Source: an uncultured Candidatus Cloacimonadota bacterium (GTDB taxonomy: Bacteria > Cloacimonadota > Cloacimonadia > Cloacimonadales > JAJBBL01). Taken from it: a DNA stretch of 64,000 bases. Under the pieces are notes generated by a model. The model did no database searches and was not told the DNA's origin. It saw only the letters and a program-made list of their open reading frames with translations. The position numbers were made by a program, and so were the translations under genes. Where the stretch lies: contig CAZBDV010000007.1 of assembly GCA_964490765.1 (NCBI GenBank), forward strand, positions 8,065 to 72,064, written 5' to 3'. Shown here piece after piece: positions 56,563-64,000 of this stretch (positions within the stretch are counted from its first letter, which is position 1; the number at the start of each line of letters is the position of its first letter).

Positions 56563-57810
56563 CTATTTATCGAGAGATTCGATTACTTCCTTGATTATTT
56601 CCAATGATTTACGTAAATCTTCTTCTTTGATTACTAATGGGGGAGCAAGCCGGATGATATGACGGTGTGTCGGCTTACAGAGTACTCCCTTTTCTTTCAG
56701 CTTTACACAGATATCCCAGGCCTCTACTCCATCACGGGGTTCAGTAACGATGGCATTGAGCAGCCCTTTACCGCGAATCTCGATAATACGGTCAGAATTA
56801 ATCTTGCCCAGTTCTTCGCGAACTATATTACCCAGATGTTCTGATCTTTCAACGAGATTCTCGTCTCGAATTACTTCCAGAGATGCTTTCGCTACGGCGC
56901 AGGCTAATGGATATCCACCATAAGTAGAACCGTGCTGGCCGGGCTTTATAGTCAACATGATCTCTCGGCTCGAGAGAACGGCAGAAACAGGGATAACTCC
57001 ACCAGCAAGAGCTTTACCGAGTATCATCATATCCGGCTTGACATCTTCCCAGTCACAGGCTGACATCTTTCCTGTTCGGCCTATACCAGTCTGGATCTCA
57101 TCAGCTACAAAGAGAACATTGTGCTTCTTACAGAGATCGTAGCAGGCTTTCAGATAGCCCTCATCAGGAACGAAAACACCAGCTTCGCCCTGAATCGGTT
57201 CCACGAAGAAAGCACATATCTCTTCACCTTCATATTCAAGTTTGTTTGCCAATGCCTGAACATTGTTGTAAGGGACAACCTCTATTCCATCGAGGAAAGG
57301 GCCAAAATTGGTCCGGCATTCAAGATCGGTCGAGGCAGAGATAATCCCGATCGTCCGGCCGTGGAAGTTGTTTTCACAGAACAATATTTTGGCTTTCCCC
57401 TGATGAATTCCCTTCTTTTCGTAGCCCCATTTCCTGCTCAACTTCATAGCAGTCTCAACCCCTTCTGCACCTGTATTCATAGGTAATACCATCTCAAACC
57501 CAAAGTACTCGGTGATAAACTTCTCGTATTCGCCAAGTTTGTTATTGAAGAAAGCACGTGAAGTCAGGGTCAATTCTTTTGCCTGCTCTGTTAAAGCCTG
57601 AATGATTTTCGGGTGGCAGTGTCCCTGATTAACAGCAGAATATGCTGAAAGGAAATCGAAATATTTCTTCCCTTCAGGATCCCAAACATAAGCACCCTCA
57701 CCCTTTGCTATTACAACAGGTAGCGGATGATAATTATGGGCTCCATAGGTTTCTTCCAACGACATTGATTCTTCACTACTTACAGTGCCATAGACCAATT
57801 CCTTGCTCAT
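56563..57810 (-). CDS. rocD: ornithine--oxo-acid aminotransferase
   Basis: GAHNYHPLPVV, LSAYSAVNQGH, NFHGRT, EPIQGEAG, DEIQTG, LGKAL, HGSTYGG. Confidence 0.95.
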   Translation of the reverse strand: MSKELVYGTVSSEESMSLEETYGAHNYHPLPVVIAKGEGAYVWDPEGKKYFDFLSAYSAVNQGHCHPKIIQALTEQAKELTLTSRAFFNNKLGEYEKFITEYFGFEMVLPMNTGAEGVETAMKLSRKWGYEKKGIHQGKAKILFCENNFHGRTIGIISASTDLECRTNFGPFLDGIEVVPYNNVQALANKLEYEGEEICAFFVEPIQGEAGVFVPDEGYLKACYDLCKKHNVLFVADEIQTGIGRTGKMSACDWEDVKPDMMILGKALAGGVIPVSAVLSSREIMLTIKPGQHGSTYGGYPLACAVAKASLEVIRDENLVERSEHLGNIVREELGKINSDRIIEIRGKGLLNAIVTEPRDGVEAWDICVKLKEKGVLCKPTHRHIIRLAPPLVIKEEDLRKSLEIIKEVIESLDK

Positions 57811-57996
57811 ATAGTCCTCCGTATTTTTTTCCCATTTTTGAGATCAGAGTCTCGATGTCAATCTTAATAACCCCTATCAACACAAACATGCGGCTTCCGG
57901 AACCTTACATGCAGCACATCCTGTCAGCCTGATAAAAATAAGAGTCCCATAAAATCTCTAATTCAACACACAAAAGCAAAGAAAACCATACACTGT

Positions 57997-58035
57997 CCTC
58001 TGTGGAATCCAGGAGTCGGCCGTATCTGGCTCCTG
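57997..58035. repeat. dispersed palindromic (REP-like) element, copy 2
   Basis: TCCAGGAGTCGG-CCGTAT-CTGGCTCCTGG hairpin; 30/39 identity to 17573-17611. Confidence 0.45.
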
Positions 58036-58154
58036 GACTCTCCAATGGTTACCAGAAATTATCATCTATCTGATATTTATTTGACTTAATGAGTCTCTGT
58101 GTTGAATGGATCTGAGCAGTAAATTTTGTTCGGATCAATTGAAGTGAGGTTGAA

Positions 58155-58262
58155 ATGGATAATAACAATAAGAGTTGGTGGCAGAAGTACATCTTTTACA
58201 CTCTGATAGCTTTAGTATTGATTCTTTTTCTTCTCAGAAGGGTTTTTCTGAGAATGTTTTGA
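58155..58262 (+). CDS. 35-aa single-TM small protein
   Basis: GAGGT SD; MDNNNKSWWQKYIFYTLIALVLILFLLRRVFLRMF; below ORF-track cutoff. Confidence 0.55.
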   Translation: MDNNNKSWWQKYIFYTLIALVLILFLLRRVFLRMF

Positions 58263-58423
58263 AAGCCAGTTTAATAATTATAACTGTCAGCAACTACAAA
58301 CAAATAACCTCAGAGGCCAAAAGTTGAAACAATCATTAACCAGGGTTAATTTTCCTTGCCTTTTCTTGAGGTTTCAAAAAACTAACGAGCTGTACGAATT
58401 TAGTTATATAACAGTATGGAGAA

Positions 58424-59194
58424 GTGATGAAGATTCTGCTTACTAATGATGATGGAATTTATGCTCCCGGTATTATTGAACTGGCACATAGCCTGGAAGA
58501 AGAGCATCATGAAGTTATAGTAGTAGCACCGGAGATGGAGAGGAGTGCTTCGTCACATTCTATAACGGTTCGTTCCCCATTGAACATAATCGAAAAGGGG
58601 AAGAATCGCTATGCAGTTACAGGCAGTCCGGCAGACTGTGTTATCCTTGCCCTTGAGGTGTTAGTCCGTGATGGGTGTGATCTTGTTATATCCGGTATAA
58701 ACAATGGTCCTAACCTGGGAGAAGATGTTCTCTATTCAGGAACTGTAGCAGCTGCAATCGAAGCGATGTATTTTGGCTATCCTGCCATCGCAGTCTCAAT
58801 GAATTCGAGATCCCATGAATTTTTAGCTACTGCCGCTCAGTCTGTCTGCCAGCTACTTAAGAATAACGTTCATCAGATTATCAGAAAAGACGAGATCCTG
58901 AATATCAACGTTCCTTCGGTTCATTTTGACGAGATCAAAGGATATCTTCTGACTAAGACGGGGCATCGTATCTACAGAGAAATTGTTCATATTCAGAAGG
59001 ATCCGAGAGGAAGAGATATTTACTGGATCGGTGGAGACAAACCTGAATGGCAGGATGATAAGGGAACCGATATTGCAGCAGTTGCTGATAATTATATTTC
59101 AGTAACTCCCATCACGCCGAGTTTCACGAATTACAGTTCGTTTGACAGATTGGAAAAATTTCTGAACAGAGACGGTCTTAAGCCTCTCCGATAA
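58424..59194 (+). CDS. surE: 5'/3'-nucleotidase SurE
   Basis: ILLTNDDG, GSPADCV, SGINNGPNLG..YSGTVAAA. Confidence 0.96.
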   Translation: MMKILLTNDDGIYAPGIIELAHSLEEEHHEVIVVAPEMERSASSHSITVRSPLNIIEKGKNRYAVTGSPADCVILALEVLVRDGCDLVISGINNGPNLGEDVLYSGTVAAAIEAMYFGYPAIAVSMNSRSHEFLATAAQSVCQLLKNNVHQIIRKDEILNINVPSVHFDEIKGYLLTKTGHRIYREIVHIQKDPRGRDIYWIGGDKPEWQDDKGTDIAAVADNYISVTPITPSFTNYSSFDRLEKFLNRDGLKPLR

Positions 59195-59231
59195 GGGAGC
59201 CCGGAAATATTCATCCTGAGGAAAGTGGATT

Positions 59232-59891
59232 ATGAAATTCGATGATCAAAGAAAAAAGATGGTAACCGAGCAGCTGGTGAGAAGGGGGATAAAAGATCAC
59301 CGCCTCCTGGCCGCTTTTGAAAAGGTACCGAGACACCTTTTTGTGCCAGAAGAATTCCGGATCTTTGCCTATCGTGATCATCCACTTGGTATCGGCGAGG
59401 GACAGACGATCTCACAACCATATATTGTGGCTCTAACCCTTGAACTTCTTTCTCTTTCTGAAGAGGATGTCGTCCTCGACATCGGAACAGGATCAGGTTA
59501 CCAGACAGCTATTCTCGCTGAATTAGTCAAAGAGGTCTATACTGTCGAGAGAATTCCTGAACTACTAATAAGGGCCAGAACTATACTCAAAGAACTGAAC
59601 TATAATAATATTCATTACCGGATCGGAGATGGTACGAAAGGTTGGGAAAAGGCCTATCCACCGCGAAACAGTTTCGATAAAATAGTAGTCTCTGCCGCAT
59701 CTCCCGGGATACCACCTTCGCTTATCAGACAACTTGCTGGGGGGGGGAAATTAGTCATTCCTGCCGGAAATCGCATGTTCCAGGAACTCACTCTTATAGA
59801 AAAAAAAGATGAGAAAGTTGTTGAAAAGCGTTATGGTGGATGTGCCTTTGTGCCGCTTCTCGGCGCAGAGGGGTGGAAGGATGATAAGTAG
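59232..59891 (+). CDS. pcm: protein-L-isoaspartate O-methyltransferase
   Basis: VPRHLFV, GQTISQPY, VLDIGTGSGYQ, FVPL; surE-pcm synteny. Confidence 0.96.
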   Translation: MKFDDQRKKMVTEQLVRRGIKDHRLLAAFEKVPRHLFVPEEFRIFAYRDHPLGIGEGQTISQPYIVALTLELLSLSEEDVVLDIGTGSGYQTAILAELVKEVYTVERIPELLIRARTILKELNYNNIHYRIGDGTKGWEKAYPPRNSFDKIVVSAASPGIPPSLIRQLAGGGKLVIPAGNRMFQELTLIEKKDEKVVEKRYGGCAFVPLLGAEGWKDDK

Positions 59892-60564
59892 AAAGATACT
59901 GAATTTACTCGTTATGTTTCTCTGTCTCACTTCTCCGCTAATTGCTGACATATATGAGATGAGCGAAAAGAATACAGTGATAGAGTATCCAGATATAGAC
60001 GATAACCACTCTTTGAGAAAGGATATTGTAAATAGAGTCAGCAGGATTTTTACACCTGAAGTAACAATCTTTGTTATTTCGATGATACCTATATTCGAAC
60101 TTCGGGGCGCAATCCCACTTGGTATCAATCACTTCAAACTCAACCCGCTGCTGGTTTTCTTTATCTGTATTGCCGGCAATATGGTCCCAGTATTCATTAT
60201 CTTGCTTTTTCTTGATATTCTGACTAAAATCTTATTCAGGGTCCCGATTTTACGGAGATTTCTTGAATACCTCTTTCAACGCACCAGAAGAAAGAATGAG
60301 ACTATCGAGATGTATGAAGAGATGGGGCTGGTAGCCTTTGTAGCTATCCCATTGCCAATAACTGGTGCCTGGACAGGATCTCTGGCTGCTTATCTCTTCG
60401 GGCTTAAGTTCTGGAAATCTGTATTCTTTATTTTCGTTGGAGTAATTATTGCTGGCATTGTTGTTACCATTCTCAGCCTTCTCGGCTGGTTGGGTGCTAT
60501 AATTGCCTTGACGGTTTTATTGATTCTTTTTTTAAGAAAAGCAGTGAAAATAAAGAGCTCTTGA
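59881..60564 (+). CDS. small multidrug export family membrane protein (COG2426-like; ORF track start 59809)
   Basis: SMIPIFELRGAIP, FVAIPLPITGAWTG. Confidence 0.85.
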   Translation: MISRKILNLLVMFLCLTSPLIADIYEMSEKNTVIEYPDIDDNHSLRKDIVNRVSRIFTPEVTIFVISMIPIFELRGAIPLGINHFKLNPLLVFFICIAGNMVPVFIILLFLDILTKILFRVPILRRFLEYLFQRTRRKNETIEMYEEMGLVAFVAIPLPITGAWTGSLAAYLFGLKFWKSVFFIFVGVIIAGIVVTILSLLGWLGAIIALTVLLILFLRKAVKIKSS

Positions 60565-60623
60565 GTGTTCATAAAAACATTTTCATTAGAATCAGACAAT
60601 AAAAGAGATAAAGGAAAGATTAA

Positions 60624-61802
60624 ATGAGTTTGTTCGATAAGTGCTACAATTTTAAAGATGCCGATAATGTCCGGGCTTTGGGCTGTTATCCATACTTTCG
60701 GATAATATCTTCTGAACAGGACACAGAAGTTATTGTAAATAACCAGAAGATGCTTATGATGGGTTCTAATAGTTATCTAGGTTTGACCAATCATCCCAGG
60801 GTAAAAAAAGCGGCAATAGAAGCCATAGAGAAATATGGTTCCGGTTGCGCAGGATCAAGATTTCTCAATGGGACCCTCGACATCCATATTACCCTGGAGG
60901 AAGAACTGGCAAAACTCGTTGGGAAAGAGGCTTCTCTCGTTTTTGCTACTGGTTATCAGGCCAATCTCGGGGCAATCAGTGCTCTGGTCGGTAAGAATGA
61001 CTATATGATAACTGACAAGTATGATCACGCTTCAATAATTGACGGTTGTCGACTCTCTCCCGGAAATATGATCCGTTTCGGGCATAATAACATGAATAGC
61101 CTGGAACGAGCATTACAGAAACTCAATGGAGCCAATGCCCTGGTTATTGTCGATGGAATATTCAGTATGGAAGGTGATATTGCTGATCTTCCCAGTATCG
61201 TTAAACTGTGCGAAAAATATAACGCTAATTTGATGGTCGATGAGGCACACTCACTCGGTGTTCTTCACTCCACAGGTGCAGGAGCTGCTATGCACTTCGG
61301 ATGCACTGATCAGACTGATATTATCATGGGAACTTTCAGTAAATCCCTCGCCTCTGTCGGTGGCTTTATTGCAGCAGATAAAAAGATCATTGATTACCTG
61401 AAACATCATGCTCGTTCACTGATATTCAGCGCTTCGCTACCTCCCGCATCTGCCGCTAGTGTTCTCGAAGCTCTCGCTCTTATGAGAGAAGAACCAGAAA
61501 GAATCGAAAGATTGTGGGACAATACGCACTACATGTTGAAAGCATTCAAGAAGATGGGTTTCAACACCGGAGAATCCTGTACTCCGGTTATACCTCTTCA
61601 TGTCGGTGATATGATGACTGCCTTCAAGATGTGGTACAGTCTCAACGATGAAGGTGTTTTTATTAACCCGGTAATCCCACCGGCTGTTCCGCCGAATAAC
61701 TGCCTGATCAGATGCTCTTTCATGGCCACCCATACCATAGAACAACTCGACGTGGCACTCGATAAGTTTCAGCAGATTGGTAAAAGTTTGAATATCATCT
61801 GA
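60624..61802 (+). CDS. alpha-oxoamine synthase, serine palmitoyltransferase-like
   Basis: YPYFR, GSNSYLGL, GCAGSRFLNGTLDIH, DHASIIDG, DEAHS, GTFSKS (PLP Lys). Confidence 0.8.
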   Translation: MSLFDKCYNFKDADNVRALGCYPYFRIISSEQDTEVIVNNQKMLMMGSNSYLGLTNHPRVKKAAIEAIEKYGSGCAGSRFLNGTLDIHITLEEELAKLVGKEASLVFATGYQANLGAISALVGKNDYMITDKYDHASIIDGCRLSPGNMIRFGHNNMNSLERALQKLNGANALVIVDGIFSMEGDIADLPSIVKLCEKYNANLMVDEAHSLGVLHSTGAGAAMHFGCTDQTDIIMGTFSKSLASVGGFIAADKKIIDYLKHHARSLIFSASLPPASAASVLEALALMREEPERIERLWDNTHYMLKAFKKMGFNTGESCTPVIPLHVGDMMTAFKMWYSLNDEGVFINPVIPPAVPPNNCLIRCSFMATHTIEQLDVALDKFQQIGKSLNII

Positions 61803-61947
61803 TTATTCAGATTCACTGACTGGAGCATATATCTCTACTGATATGAATTACCCGGTAACACGATCGGAACAGAAAAAAAATTACGACAGGAACCATAATT
61901 GCTTTATGTATGATATATTACAACCATAAACTAGGGAGGAGTTAACA

Positions 61948-62964
61948 GTGAGATTTGCCATTATATCTCTTGCACTGCTGAGTATAATACTACTTGGCTG
62001 TGCAAAAGCAACTGATCCATTAACTGTTGAGGATAAATCTGTATTGATGCTGGAAAACACATATCAGACCGTGGGGGTTCCCTGGGATATGATCGTTACA
62101 GGGTCATCGATCTTTCTGGCTGAAGATCAGGGTGGATTATCAATCTTTGACCGTGCCAGTGGCGAACTGGCGACCCGAATGACACGCCCCGACGAGTTTA
62201 GCTATTTTCAAAATATCCGGCAATTGGGTTACAATAAATTCTATGACTATCTCTATGTCTATGACCGCTATGGTCCAGCCAGAATCTATGTTTTTGATGT
62301 GAGCGATATATACGACATCCCTGATTTCTTGCACCTGATAACCGGAGATACAGACAGGATTCATTATCTTTATACAAAGAGTGATGAAGAGGGTAGCCTG
62401 GAAGTTGGAATAACCTATACCAACAGTGTTTTCCGTTATGGAGTTACCGATTATCCTATGTATATTACCCAGGAAGCGATTCAATACAATATGCCTAATG
62501 CAGTCTTAAATTTCCATATAGCAGGGCAATACGCTTACCTTGCTGCTGCACAACGTGGATTATACATCTTCGATCTGGAGAATGGCAGCCTGGTTTCCGA
62601 ACTGAATATGACAGGTGAAGTATTAGATGTCAGGGTTCAGGGAGATTATGCTTATATGGTCGCTAAACAAGAAGGACTCTTGATAGCAGATATAAGTGAT
62701 AAGACCAACCCGCAATGGATCAATTCAAAAAGCACCGTCGGCTGGGCTCAGGCAGTCGATGTTGAGGGTGATTACCTGGTTGTCGGTTCTGGTGGTGGTG
62801 GAGCTTATCTTTATGATATAGGCCAGGATCCATCTGACCCAAAACTCTTGCAACGATTGACTTCTTCGGAAACTGACTATGTGCTTCTCGTGGCAATTGA
62901 GAATTCCAGAGTCTTTGTCGTTGGCAGATACCAGGGAATATCTGAGTATAGTATCAACCCATAA
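61948..62964 (+). CDS. LVIVD-repeat beta-propeller lipoprotein
   Basis: Lipobox LLGC; repeats GDYAY.....GL.I.DIS....P. Confidence 0.8.
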   Translation: MRFAIISLALLSIILLGCAKATDPLTVEDKSVLMLENTYQTVGVPWDMIVTGSSIFLAEDQGGLSIFDRASGELATRMTRPDEFSYFQNIRQLGYNKFYDYLYVYDRYGPARIYVFDVSDIYDIPDFLHLITGDTDRIHYLYTKSDEEGSLEVGITYTNSVFRYGVTDYPMYITQEAIQYNMPNAVLNFHIAGQYAYLAAAQRGLYIFDLENGSLVSELNMTGEVLDVRVQGDYAYMVAKQEGLLIADISDKTNPQWINSKSTVGWAQAVDVEGDYLVVGSGGGGAYLYDIGQDPSDPKLLQRLTSSETDYVLLVAIENSRVFVVGRYQGISEYSINP

Positions 62965-63009
62965 TTGAGCTTATTAGAAGGAAAGCGTTTCAGATGATGA
63001 TATATGTCG

Positions 63010-63042
63010 GCAGATTCCGGAGTGCCTATCTCTGGAGTCTGC
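63010..63042 (+). terminator. hairpin after LVIVD gene, possible terminator
   Basis: GCAGATTCCGGAG-TGCCTAT-CTCTGGAGTCTGC; weak T tail. Confidence 0.4.
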
Positions 63043-63346
63043 ATTTATAAAACAACTGAACCTTTCCAGTCCTCGAGCGTTAGAAATGAAGATTTTTAAG
63101 ACCTTATGTCAAAAAAATTGACAACAGGATATGATATGTGTTTACAAAAAGAAGAACAGGAACTGCCATATAGATCATACAGCCAGAATCGAAATCCGTA
63201 TCAGATGAGCTTCTCACTATCACTACTCATTGGCAGGACCACCCCCATCAACATACTAAAACAGACTTCCTATCTTTGCAGGCTGGATAATCACTCAGAC
63301 ACTGCAGTTAAGATAAGCGTCTCAGAATACAATTAAAGGAGACTAT

Positions 63347-64000
63347 ATGGAAAGAAAATTCGTATTAATAGGATTACTCATGTTGATATGTATGCTGAAT
63401 CTGTTCTCTATAGCTGAACAGCAGCTTTTTCAACTCAAAGGGAATACGGAGAGTTTTGCAGAAATCGAATTCAATCTTACTGACTATGAATTCATCCTCA
63501 ATGAAATAGATGGAACCACCTATCATCGCATCTATCACGATGAAGCAGGTTTGCTACTCGAAGAGGGACTCCCCGAACTACCGGTCTTTTCCGTAACAAT
63601 AGCAATACCGAATACCGGAACGGTTTATATGGATGAAGTTGAAGTTCTTGATACTGAATACCTGAATAATGTAAGAGTTTTTCCCTCCCAGGGGCCTGAT
63701 TTGTTGATTTCACCGGAAAGAGGATTTATTAAAGATAGCGCTTTCTATAACAGAAACGTTGTCTATCCCTCTTCAAACTCTGAAATCAGCACACCGGCTG
63801 TTGTCAGGGATTTTAGGTTCGTATCGGTAGCTGTTACTCCCTTCAGATACAATCCGGCCGCCTCGGAATTGACTATTGACAAAAAGATCAGACTGAAGGT
63901 CAACTACGACCCATATACCCCAGGAGAAAACGAAATAATCCCGACTAATCATAAGATCTCACGCTCTTTCGAGAATATATACCGCTCTATGTTTCTCAAC
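63347..64000 (+). CDS. gingipain-like (peptidase C25) protein, signal peptide + propeptide, truncated by window end
   Basis: AAGGAG SD; open frame to window end; 'EEGLPELP...IAIP', 'FY....YP', 'RDFRFV...PFRYNP...L' propeptide_C25-like pattern. Confidence 0.75.
   Translation, partial: MERKFVLIGLLMLICMLNLFSIAEQQLFQLKGNTESFAEIEFNLTDYEFILNEIDGTTYHRIYHDEAGLLLEEGLPELPVFSVTIAIPNTGTVYMDEVEVLDTEYLNNVRVFPSQGPDLLISPERGFIKDSAFYNRNVVYPSSNSEISTPAVVRDFRFVSVAVTPFRYNPAASELTIDKKIRLKVNYDPYTPGENEIIPTNHKISRSFENIYRSMFLN

Noticed and set aside
63106..63336. 76-aa ORF before the C25 gene
   Set aside because: No SD or motif and it spans a TTGACA-containing putative promoter region; likely non-coding leader

Overview
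Gene-dense chromosomal segment of a diderm anaerobic bacterium. The gene mix ([FeFe]-hydrogenase, C25 gingipain-like protein, tricorn protease, Bacteroidota-like serine palmitoyltransferase) suggests FCB group, possibly Cloacimonadota; this is inference and was not checked by search. The main item is a ~21 kb atypical type IV filament (T4P/T2SS-like) locus at 3.4-24.5 kb. It holds a PilS/PilR-like two-component system, PilB, PilC, a PilM-N fusion, PilO(P), a short secretin, PilT and a second degenerate PilT fused to a receiver domain. It also holds seven pilin-like proteins with no recognisable class III leader and no Glu+5, three of them 'MGQQQ' paralogs built as promoter-ORF-terminator cassettes. 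Six sigma54 -24/-12 promoters and a repeated tandem enhancer-like motif (TGWMA-N8-TGWCA twice, 31-32 bp apart) can be read directly from the DNA. No prepilin peptidase gene is in the window. The rest includes tpiA, serS, psuG, a hybrid histidine kinase, tricorn protease, an Hnd-like [FeFe]-hydrogenase whose accessory Fe-S ligands are lost, hydG/hydF, an ECF sigma/anti-sigma/PDZ unit, housekeeping genes, four tRNAs and several unannotated small ORFs. No CRISPR array, rRNA or mobile element was seen. All calls come from motif recognition by eye; no database searches were run.
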